Source of the DNA: Ignavibacteriota bacterium
GTDB taxonomy: Bacteria > Bacteroidota > Ignavibacteria > UBA10030 > CAVZMI01
Direction: 5' to 3'
Assembly: GCA_963776275.1 (NCBI GenBank)
Contig: CAVZMI010000015.1
Location: 1-64,000, forward strand
Length of the DNA: 64,000 nt
The notes beneath the pieces are model-generated. The model saw only the letters and a list, made by a program, of their open reading frames with translations. It was not told the origin of the DNA and searched no databases. The first letter of the stretch is position 1; every line of letters starts with the position of its first letter. Of this stretch, positions 1 through 8,992 are shown in pieces. A program made the position numbers and the translations under genes.

Positions 1-33
1 GAAACCGTTAGGCGGCATGCGCAAGGAGGTTTT

Positions 34-918
34 ATGAAACCTATCCATCTGTTTTTGCTCATTGTCATTCTGTCTGGTTCTCTTGTTGCTCAGGAGAATG
101 CAGATCTAAAAAAATGCATCGCATTTGTCTTCATCAACGCAGCGAATCAACAACTGCTACCAAATGGGACAGGCTTCTTTGTTGGTGTAAATAGCGAGAT
201 TGATACATCTGAGCTTTTCATCTACTTCGTCACGGCAAAACACGTTCTTCGAGACCAGAAAGGGAAATTTTTCAAGGAGATCCACCTACGAATGAACACA
301 CGCTCTGGTAACACTACAACATTATCAGTCCCTCTATTCACACAAGGACAAATTCGTTTTCTTGTTCCAAGCGATTCTACAGTTGACCTTGCAGTCATAC
401 CTCTATTGCCAGATGTTGAACGGTTTGATTTCCTTTGTCTTCCTATCGAGATGATTGCATCTAAGGATGTCATAAAAAAGAAACAGATACGTGAAGGAGA
501 CGATGTTTTCTTCTGTGGATTGTTTCAGAATTATTATGGCGAGCTTAGGAACTATCCTATATTTCGTTTCGGCAAGGTTGCTCTTTTGACAGATGAGAGA
601 GTACTCTTCGAAAATGAACTCTCGGAGCTGTACATTCTAGAAACAACTTCATTTGGAGGAAACAGCGGCTCACCTGTGTTCTTCAAGCTTGGCTCAATGC
701 GCGAACCGAAGAGAATAGCTATCGGCGGATCACAGTATTTTCTGGCTGGTGTAATGAGAGGGTACTTTGGGGCTCTAATTGACACAGCAGTAGTTGAGAC
801 GAAAAGAACCTTATCCGTCCCGTTTCAAAATGCGGGCATTGCTGGCGTTGTGCCTGCGTACCTTCTACTCGATCTCTTGAATTCACCAGTACTGAAACAA
901 CAAAGACAGGCAAAATGA
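34..918 (+). CDS. Secreted trypsin-like (S1) serine protease
   Basis: Signal peptide; GTGFFV, VTAKHV (His), DLAV (Asp) and GGNSGSP (Ser) triad motifs; AAGGAGG RBS at 23-29. Confidence 0.85.
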   Translation: MKPIHLFLLIVILSGSLVAQENADLKKCIAFVFINAANQQLLPNGTGFFVGVNSEIDTSELFIYFVTAKHVLRDQKGKFFKEIHLRMNTRSGNTTTLSVPLFTQGQIRFLVPSDSTVDLAVIPLLPDVERFDFLCLPIEMIASKDVIKKKQIREGDDVFFCGLFQNYYGELRNYPIFRFGKVALLTDERVLFENELSELYILETTSFGGNSGSPVFFKLGSMREPKRIAIGGSQYFLAGVMRGYFGALIDTAVVETKRTLSVPFQNAGIAGVVPAYLLLDLLNSPVLKQQRQAK

Positions 919-966
919 TATCATCGGCCACGGCGCAACACGGTAAACGTTAACCGCAGACCCCCT

Positions 967-3843
967 ATGTTAACCCCAGAACAACAATCCGCCATCAATC
1001 ATGTAAACGGTCCATTGCTCGTAATCGCAGGGCCGGGCGCAGGGAAGACCCGTGTCATTGTTGAAAAATGCGTGTATCTCATCAATGAAACAGGTAAAAA
1101 GCCGGAAAACCTTCTCGTCACCACGTTCACTAACAAGGCGCGGGACGAGCTGTATGACCGGCTTTACGTCAAGCTTGGAAATGACGCGCAGAAGATCACC
1201 ATTTCGACCATACATTCATTCTGCCAGACGCTGTTGACAGCGTACCCCGCACAGAACCCTCTCGGCGCACATTTCGAGGTCCTTGACGGTGAAGAACAAT
1301 TTCTGCTCGTATACGACAATCTGAAGCAACTGGGTCTTGCGGCATTTCCCAAAAAAAGGGTCGCGGATTTCATCCATTCCATTATTACCACATTCAATCT
1401 CTGTACTGAAGAGTGCGTCGACCCGGACCGGTTCATTGAGGAGGCAAAAAAGAACGGCAAGGAGCTTCTCGGCCTGAAAGCGACCACAGACGATGCAATT
1501 GAGGAATATTGTGCAGTGACCGAAGCGTATAAGAAATATAAAAAGTTGCTGTTTGACGAGCGGCTTGTGGATTTCCCGACCCTGCAGGAGACCGCCTATA
1601 AAATGGTCAAGGGGAAAGCGGAAGTCAGAAAAGAGCTAGCGGCAAAATATCATTATATTCTCATCGACGAGTATCAGGATACCAACCGTTTGCAGGTCCT
1701 GATATTCAAGGAAATTGCCGAACCCGAATATAATCTATGTGCGGTCGGCGACGACGATCAATCAATCTACCGGTTCAGGGGAGCGAACGTAAAAAGTTTC
1801 CTGAACTTTAAAAATGACTTTCCGAAGGCCAAAGAGATAACTTTGACGGCCAATTTCCGTTCCACACCAATCATCGTTGAAGCTACATCCAGCCTCATTG
1901 AGAAGAACGTACCGGAGCACAAGACGAAAGAATTAATATCTTATCGTAAGTGTTGTTCAGTCGCCCCGGTAAATTTTCACGAGCCTACTGCTCCAGAAGA
2001 AGCAGCGGCCATCGTAAGTGCACTTGATATCTGGAAGAAGAAAAAAATCATAAAATCATGGAATGAAGTCGCAATCCTTTTACGGAGCGTTAAAAGCTAT
2101 TCAGAGCCTTATATTACCGAATTGAAGAAATGGAAAATACCGTTTATGGCTTTCGGGGAAGGAGCATTTTTTGAACGTGAAGATATCAGCGGAATACGCG
2201 ATCTTCTACTGTTTTGCGGTTATAAGAATAAATGCCCGGTTAGCGGAATCCGGCCGCCCTTATTTGAAATCAGCAGGAAAACTTTAAAAATCCTTGAAGA
2301 GTGGAAAGACGATCCCGTATCTTGGTCAAAAGCTGATACGCTGGAAGCGCTCCATATTCCGAAAAATGATCGAGTTGTTCTCAATCAGCTCAGCCATCTC
2401 CGGCAGCGCAGCCTTGACGGAGAATACCGGCACTATCTTCTGGGGCTTTTTTACGACATGTTGGATATTTCTGGGTATTTCCGGAGAGTATTAAAAGAGT
2501 ATGTCGAACAACAAAATGAATATGCCGATGCCGCACTATATAATCTATCCGTGTTTTCAAATCTTATCGGCCAGTTTCAGAAAAGAGTACGCAGCGGCAG
2601 TCTTTATAAACTGAACGAATATTTTTACTTCATTCAAGATAAGGTTGTCGATGCTATTGCAGTCGAGCCATGCGGAGAAGCGGTCCGGATAATGACCGTG
2701 CATCAGGCAAAGGGGCTGGAATTCCCGGTTGTGGTCATCGGTGGGGCAATGGAAAAACGATTTCCTTCAGGTTTCAGAACCCCAAAATATCCAGTGCCTG
2801 CAGAATTAAAAATTTCAAAGAATAGGGATGATGAGGAAATCCATATAAGGGACGAACGCCGGTTGTTCTACGTAGGTATGACCCGCGCCGAAGATATTCT
2901 TTTTATCGGTTCTGCTGACAAGGTAAATGTTAGAGGTAGTGGCCCCTCCCGGTTTATTGAAGAAATTAAAAAAGACAAAATAATTCAGTCGGTAAAAGAT
3001 ATAAAGGATCGGCCGTGTAGGGATGAAGAAAAGACCAGGGCGCCGGAACGGAAAAGGATTTCGTATTCAGGCCTTCATACTTATCTTTTGTGTCCCCTGC
3101 AATATAAACTGATTTACGAATGTGATTTTGCTGTGCCGCAGGTCTACTGGGCCTATTTCGGCGGGGCCGTACATAGCCTCCTTGAGCATATCCATAAGAA
3201 GGCGTTAGAAGGGCATATTCTCCAAACCAAGGAATTGCCCGAGCTATGGAAGACAATGTGGAAACCGCCGGAAAGCTGGGATGAAAAGCGGAGAGATACT
3301 ATGGGTAAGACCGGACTTGCGTATCTCGAAAGGTATGTTTCCAATTATGCGGAACGCCTCAAACGCGTATACTGGGTTGAGCAACAAATTGAAATACCGA
3401 TAATGGAAACAAACCTTCTTCTTACCGGCCGGCTGGATTTAGCGTGTAAGAGTGACGGAGGTATCGAGATTATTGATTTCAAAATCCGCAAGCGCACCGG
3501 CCTTGAGGTCATGCGCGAGGGGTTGCAGGTGCAGATTTACGCTCTTGCGGCCGCAACGATACGGATGGAAAACGTAAATGGCGTTACCCTGCACCTTCTG
3601 GGCGAAGATAGAGGTAATGAGATTCAGAAATATCCATGGAATGATTCGGTAAAAGAAAGTGTCCAAAAGACGATACAGTTGGCAGGCGAAGGCATTACAA
3701 AAAGGAAATTTGATGCACAGCCCGGCATCCACTGCCGGTTCTGTGATTTCCGTTCGCTCTGCCCGTTTTCAATAGCACCGGCAAAAAAAGAGGAGCTTGA
3801 CGATGAAATCGCTCTTGGTACTGAAGCTCAAAAGGTCGGTTGA
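967..3843 (+). CDS. UvrD/REP SF1A helicase fused to C-terminal PD-(D/E)XK nuclease with 4-Cys Fe-S motif (AdnB/AddB-like)
   Basis: AGPGAGKT Walker A, IDEYQD, VGDDDQSIYRFRGA, NFRS, TVHQAKGLEF, RRLFYVGMTRA; nuclease GRLD...IIDFK, QxxxY, CPLQY and HCRFCDFRSLCP. Confidence 0.9.
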   Translation: MLTPEQQSAINHVNGPLLVIAGPGAGKTRVIVEKCVYLINETGKKPENLLVTTFTNKARDELYDRLYVKLGNDAQKITISTIHSFCQTLLTAYPAQNPLGAHFEVLDGEEQFLLVYDNLKQLGLAAFPKKRVADFIHSIITTFNLCTEECVDPDRFIEEAKKNGKELLGLKATTDDAIEEYCAVTEAYKKYKKLLFDERLVDFPTLQETAYKMVKGKAEVRKELAAKYHYILIDEYQDTNRLQVLIFKEIAEPEYNLCAVGDDDQSIYRFRGANVKSFLNFKNDFPKAKEITLTANFRSTPIIVEATSSLIEKNVPEHKTKELISYRKCCSVAPVNFHEPTAPEEAAAIVSALDIWKKKKIIKSWNEVAILLRSVKSYSEPYITELKKWKIPFMAFGEGAFFEREDISGIRDLLLFCGYKNKCPVSGIRPPLFEISRKTLKILEEWKDDPVSWSKADTLEALHIPKNDRVVLNQLSHLRQRSLDGEYRHYLLGLFYDMLDISGYFRRVLKEYVEQQNEYADAALYNLSVFSNLIGQFQKRVRSGSLYKLNEYFYFIQDKVVDAIAVEPCGEAVRIMTVHQAKGLEFPVVVIGGAMEKRFPSGFRTPKYPVPAELKISKNRDDEEIHIRDERRLFYVGMTRAEDILFIGSADKVNVRGSGPSRFIEEIKKDKIIQSVKDIKDRPCRDEEKTRAPERKRISYSGLHTYLLCPLQYKLIYECDFAVPQVYWAYFGGAVHSLLEHIHKKALEGHILQTKELPELWKTMWKPPESWDEKRRDTMGKTGLAYLERYVSNYAERLKRVYWVEQQIEIPIMETNLLLTGRLDLACKSDGGIEIIDFKIRKRTGLEVMREGLQVQIYALAAATIRMENVNGVTLHLLGEDRGNEIQKYPWNDSVKESVQKTIQLAGEGITKRKFDAQPGIHCRFCDFRSLCPFSIAPAKKEELDDEIALGTEAQKVG

Positions 3844-4594
3844 CAGGTTTTTTAGGCGTCCGGCAGTGGACGCCGCCGTGATGGTCGTTATTCTCCTGAG
3901 CGTAATACTTATACTCATCGAGTTTTATCACGCTCTTGATGAGCAGAAACTACGGCACGTAATGCTGGCGAACGATATCATCATGGGTATTTTCATCGTG
4001 GAATTGTCCTTGCGCTGGTTTGCGGCGCCCTCCACGAAGGCACATTGGAGGGAATACTGGATAGACTGGATCAGCGTTGTGCCGGTTTTCCGGCCAGTGC
4101 GGATACTGCGGTTTCTCAGAGCACTAAGGCTCCTGCGAATTTTCAGATTTGGTTTTCTTGTGCACCGTTTCGCGCGCACATTCGAGCCGCGCCAGTATGC
4201 CAGCGCGCTACGGGAAGATGTCGCGCATTATGCCGGCCCGCATGCGGAATTCATTCTTCTTATGCCGCAATTATTTGATATGCTGTCCAATCTTCTGGAT
4301 GACGGTCGGGTTTCAAAAGAGGCCCGACAAAAGATTTGTCAGGCAATGGCGTATTTTATCACCCCTTTCGACGTGCTGCCTGAAGAGGTTTATGGAGTAG
4401 AGGGATACGTCGACCAGTGTTACGTGGTTTTATATGTATTGAAAGAACTTCAAACCCTGCTCCCGGATTTTGTCCTTAAGGAGGCGTGGGAAGGGGAGGG
4501 AACGTTCAAGGAGATCATTTCGATGTTACCGAGTCTGGAAAAAGAGATGCTCATGGAGAACATTCAGAAGATACAACGTTATTTGGGGTTATAG
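3803..4594 (+). CDS. Voltage-sensor (S1-S4 ion-transport-like) domain fused to DUF1232/YkvA-like domain
   Basis: S2 IFIVELSLR, S3 WIDWISVVP, S4 RPVRILRFLRALRLLRIFR; C-terminal AYFITPFDVLPE...GYVD. ATG at 3803 follows an AGAGGAG RBS and overlaps the helicase 3' end. Confidence 0.75.
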   Translation: MKSLLVLKLKRSVDRFFRRPAVDAAVMVVILLSVILILIEFYHALDEQKLRHVMLANDIIMGIFIVELSLRWFAAPSTKAHWREYWIDWISVVPVFRPVRILRFLRALRLLRIFRFGFLVHRFARTFEPRQYASALREDVAHYAGPHAEFILLMPQLFDMLSNLLDDGRVSKEARQKICQAMAYFITPFDVLPEEVYGVEGYVDQCYVVLYVLKELQTLLPDFVLKEAWEGEGTFKEIISMLPSLEKEMLMENIQKIQRYLGL

Positions 4595-4769
4595 AAAAAC
4601 AGAATTCATTGGACCTATTAATATGGACAACTACTACGGCTGACATTCACCTTAGTTATTTAGCTGGCAAAAAAATCCTGCACCATTGCACATAATCTCT
4701 GAAAATTCTTTCTTTTTGAATTTTTTTCTTTTAGATTTCATCAATTCCCAAATCTACTCGAGGCGACCC

Positions 4770-6476
4770 ATGAAAAAAGATATCCCTCTCTATGATGTTC
4801 CACATATTGATACCATTCAGGATATGGTACTACAGTCTTCCCGGAAATACGAATACAAAATTGCTCTTGAAGATCTCAACACAACCCCGATCCATGAAGT
4901 GAGTTATCATACACTTCTTAAAAATATTTTGAAATTCGGAGTTTCACTTCAAAAACTCGGCATCAGGGAACGAAGTCATATTGCAGTTATCAGTGAAAAC
5001 CGGGTGCAATGGGGAATTACATATCTTACTGCAATGTGTTTTAATTATGTCATTGTGCCGATCGATAAAAATCTTGGGATCAATGAATGTTTAAACGTTA
5101 TCCATGAATCGGATTCCGTCGCTATTGTTTTTTCAGAGGCCTTTGAATCGATATTACGTGAACGCCGCTCGTCGTTAAAAAACATGAAACACTATATTAG
5201 CATGGATCTCGTATCGGAGACCGATGAGATTTATTCAATGACTGAACTGATTCAAAACAGTCCGGGATGTGAGATCGAAGACCTTCCACATATTGATCCC
5301 GACGCAATGTCTGTAATTATTTTTACCTCCGGAACACTCGGCCGTGCAAAGGGGGTGATGCTGTCGCAGAAAAATCTTGCCGCAAATTTAATGAGTATGG
5401 TAAGCATGTTCTTAATCGTGCCTGAAGACCGTTTTCTTTCCGTACTGCCAATCCACCATACGTACGAATGCACATGCGGATTTCTATGCCCACTATATGC
5501 CGGTGCATCTGTATCATATGCCCGGTCGCTCAAAACCGTTGTCGATGATCTCAAACAGGTGAAAGCTACCATACTGCTCGCCGTGCCGCTTCTATACGAT
5601 AAAATGTTCAAACGCATCTATAAAGCCATACAGGAGAGCCCGTTAAAGGCGGCAATCGTCCCACCGATGATCAAAGCCGGTAATATACTGGAGTCTTTCG
5701 GGTGGAAGGATTTCCGGAAACTGATTTTTAAAGAAATCCATCACAAATTCGGCGGCTCTATCCGGTGCTTTATTGCCGGTGGAGCAGCTCCCGACCCGCT
5801 GGTTGCAAAGGGTTTACGCGAGTTCGGATTCAATTTTATACAGGGATATGGACTGACCGAGACGGCACCGATCCTGACGCTTAACAGGCTAGGCAATTTC
5901 AAAGACGATGCTGCCGGACTTCCCCTTCCTCTTGTTCAGATTAGAATTAATAACCCTGATTCCGATGGCATTGGTGAAGTGTGGGCGAAATGACCGAACA
6001 TTATGTTGGGGTATTATAAAAATGAAGAAGCAACACAAGCGGCATTTGAAAATGACTGGTTCAAGACGGGCGACCTGGGTATATTTGATGAAGATGGCTT
6101 CCTGCACATTTGCGGTCGTAAGAAAAATGTCATCATCTCAAAAAGCGGTAAGAATGTATTCCCGGAAGAGATTGAGGATATTTTGAATCGGAGTCCGTAT
6201 ATCCTCGAGTCGCTCGTCTATGGCGAGAAGGACGAAAAGCATCTGGAAATTATCGCAGTGAAGATTGTCGTTGATGCCGAAGCATTTATCGAGCTGTCCG
6301 AATCCCGCAGTATCCCAATTACCCAAGAGCTGTTGAAAACAGTCGTCGGTCAGGAAGTTCAAAAAGTAAACAAAGAACTCCCGCCATATAAACAGATTAA
6401 AAAATATGGTATCCGCGATCAGGAATTCCAGAAAACAACAACACAGAAAATAAAACGACACCTCGCCCATGCATAG
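4770..6476 (+). pseudogene. Long-chain acyl-CoA synthetase (AMP-binding) interrupted by in-frame TGA at 5991-5993 (nonsense mutation or sequence error)
   Basis: FTSGTLGRAKG, QGYGLTET and WFKTGDLG motifs; WAK*PNIMLGYY where the family has (K/R)GPN.MxGYY; both halves in the same frame. Confidence 0.8.
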
Positions 6477-6557
6477 TCGCAAAGGACCGTATCAACATGA
6501 GGGCGACGCAATAGATAAACCCCTTTCACACCGCATCAAGAAGGAACAATAGACCTT

Positions 6558-8075
6558 ATGCCCTTAAAAATCGGATTCGACAATGAACGGTACCTCACCG
6601 AGCAGACCTCAGCAATTTTAAACAGAGTCAAGAAATTTGAAAATAAGCTTTACCTTGAGTTCGGCGGAAAATTACTATATGACTATCACGCCGCCCGTGT
6701 CCTGCCCGGATTCGATCCCAATGTGAAAATGCTACTACTGCAAAAACTCGGTGAAAATTCGGACGTCATTCTCTGCATCTACGCCGGTGATATCGAGCGG
6801 AAAAAAGTCCGTGCCGACTTCGGCATCACTTACGATTCCGATGCATTAAAATTAATCGACGATCTCCGTGAATGGGGAATTACCGTCACCGCTGTCGTAA
6901 TCACACGGTATGAACATCAGCCTTCTGCAACAATGTTTAAGAATAAACTGGAACGGCGCGGTGTACGTGTCTATACACATAAAGCGACAAAAGGCTATCC
7001 CACCGATGTCGATATGATTGTCAGCGACGAAGGGTACGGCTCGAACGAGTATATCGAAACCGCCAAACCGATTGTTGTCGTCACGGGGCCCGGACCGGGA
7101 AGCGGAAAACTGGCTACCTGTCTGTCACAATTCTACCATGAATATCGGCGGGGCGTCCACGCCGGTTATGCGAAATTCGAGACATTCCCGATCTGGAATC
7201 TGCCTCTGAAACACCCTGTCAATATCGCCTATGAAGCGGCAACTGCCGATCTGCGCGATTTCAACCTGATTGATCCATTCCATCTTGAAGCCTATGGCGA
7301 AAAAGCAATTAATTATAATCGCGATGTCGATGCCTTTCCACTATTGAAACGCATAATTGAAAAAATCACCGGTGAAAAATCATTCTATCAATCACCGACA
7401 GATATGGGTGTAAACCGCGCAGGATACGGAATTATCGACGATGATGCGGTGAAAGCTGCCGCTGTCCAGGAAATCATCCGTCGTTATTTTCGGTATGCAT
7501 GTGAATATGCCATAGGCTTTACCGATAAAGAAACTGTCCAACGGGTTGAATTACTGCTCGAGGAGCTCGGTACAAAACCGGAGGATCGTTCTGTCGTCGC
7601 ATCGGCACAGAATGCAGCACTCGACGCCGAGAAAAAAGGAAAGGGATTTGACGGATTCTACTGCGGGGCGGCTCTTGAGCTTGCCGACGGAACAATCATC
7701 ACCGGAAAAAATTCGCCGCTGATGCATGCATCGTCAGCTCTTGTCCTAAACGCCATCAAGCACCTGGCCAATCTACCAGATTCGATGCATCTCCTGCCGC
7801 CGATGATTACTGAATCGCTGAGTCATTTTAAAAAGGATGTACTCCAGGGAAAAGTGATGAGTCTTGATCTTGAAGAGACTCTTATTGCACTGAGCATCAG
7901 CGCAGCGATGAATCCGGCGGCTCATATGGTGCTCGAGAAGCTTAAAGAACTTCGGGGGTGCGAAGTGCACTTAACCCATATCCCGACACCGGGCGATGAA
8001 GCGGGCCTGCGTAAGCTCGGTGTGAACCTGACAAGCAATCCCGATTTTGCTACGAAGCATTTGTTCGTAAGTTAA
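6558..8075 (+). CDS. DUF1846 (UPF0371) family P-loop protein
   Basis: [54 protein letters not shown] and [10 protein letters not shown] signatures. Confidence 0.88.
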   Translation: MPLKIGFDNERYLTEQTSAILNRVKKFENKLYLEFGGKLLYDYHAARVLPGFDPNVKMLLLQKLGENSDVILCIYAGDIERKKVRADFGITYDSDALKLIDDLREWGITVTAVVITRYEHQPSATMFKNKLERRGVRVYTHKATKGYPTDVDMIVSDEGYGSNEYIETAKPIVVVTGPGPGSGKLATCLSQFYHEYRRGVHAGYAKFETFPIWNLPLKHPVNIAYEAATADLRDFNLIDPFHLEAYGEKAINYNRDVDAFPLLKRIIEKITGEKSFYQSPTDMGVNRAGYGIIDDDAVKAAAVQEIIRRYFRYACEYAIGFTDKETVQRVELLLEELGTKPEDRSVVASAQNAALDAEKKGKGFDGFYCGAALELADGTIITGKNSPLMHASSALVLNAIKHLANLPDSMHLLPPMITESLSHFKKDVLQGKVMSLDLEETLIALSISAAMNPAAHMVLEKLKELRGCEVHLTHIPTPGDEAGLRKLGVNLTSNPDFATKHLFVS

Positions 8076-8133
8076 TGCCACAACAACGGAATTATGAGTA
8101 AATTCTCATAGACATCCGGTTTCAGCTTCGCAT

Positions 8134-8170
8134 AAAAAAAAGTCCCACCAGAATTCCTGGTGGGACTTTA
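8134..8170. terminator. Bidirectional intrinsic terminator
   Basis: A-run-AGTCCCACCAG-aattc-CTGGTGGGACTTT between convergent genes. Confidence 0.85.
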
Positions 8171-8191
8171 TACTTTTAAGAGGAAGAGAAA

Positions 8192-8791
8192 TTATAGTAT
8201 AACACCTACAGTAATTAAAAAAACATCTATTTTCTGCTTAGACTTCATATTTTTACCGTAATCAAATTCGGGCTCTCCAGAGAGATAACGTGCGCAGAGA
8301 TAGACAGGACCTATGTTCCCGCCCACACCGGCTGAAATACCTAATGCTGCTGCCGGATCGGCTGATTGAGTATAGCTTGCCGCCCCAACTGATTTTGTTG
8401 TATACTCTGGGGCTTTGGCCACCACAGCACCGATCTGGAGTTGTACAAAAAGCGGGAAAGACGGAATACTTAATCGTAAACCTGTCATCGGCCATCCAAC
8501 AATCCATGCTGTATAGTCGACTCCTTTTGCATTTCCTATATCAGGATTATTATAGGTTGCCGAAAGACTTGTTAACCAACCCACTGGAAAAGCGGAAAAA
8601 GTTACATTATACTCAAGTCCAGCACCGAAGCCCAATAATGCTCTTCCGGCGCCTTCTTTTGCATCGGTCGAACTAAAATCACCCATGGGCAAAGCTACTC
8701 CGCCATAAATTCCAAACTGTGCTTTTACTGGAGCCTGGAAAAGAACAAGCGTAACGACAATAACACAGAACACCATAGCCATACGTTTCAT
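8192..8791 (-). CDS. Outer-membrane beta-barrel-like secreted protein
   Basis: Signal peptide ending VKA-Q, GxxxPxGDF motif, alternating amphipathic strands, C-terminal strand ITVGVIL. Confidence 0.65.
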   Translation of the reverse strand: MKRMAMVFCVIVVTLVLFQAPVKAQFGIYGGVALPMGDFSSTDAKEGAGRALLGFGAGLEYNVTFSAFPVGWLTSLSATYNNPDIGNAKGVDYTAWIVGWPMTGLRLSIPSFPLFVQLQIGAVVAKAPEYTTKSVGAASYTQSADPAAALGISAGVGGNIGPVYLCARYLSGEPEFDYGKNMKSKQKIDVFLITVGVIL

Positions 8792-8992
8792 AGGAACCTC
8801 CTCATTAAATAAATGATTCTTGGGTTTATTTAATTATCGTCATACAACGGTGTTTTCTTTACATCGTGAAAATACAAATTTCTCTATAAAAATAAAAGTC
8901 ATTTTATCTCCCTTTTTTAAAAAATTTTGAGAATTTCCAGTATTTTATGGATTATTCAATTGGAATTATCTTATTGACCTTCATTCCCGGTT

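Noticed and set aside
5991-5993. Selenocysteine or genetic code 25 (UGA=Gly) recoding
   Set aside because: The position is a conserved Gly, not Cys, and TGA is a normal stop in many genes of this window.
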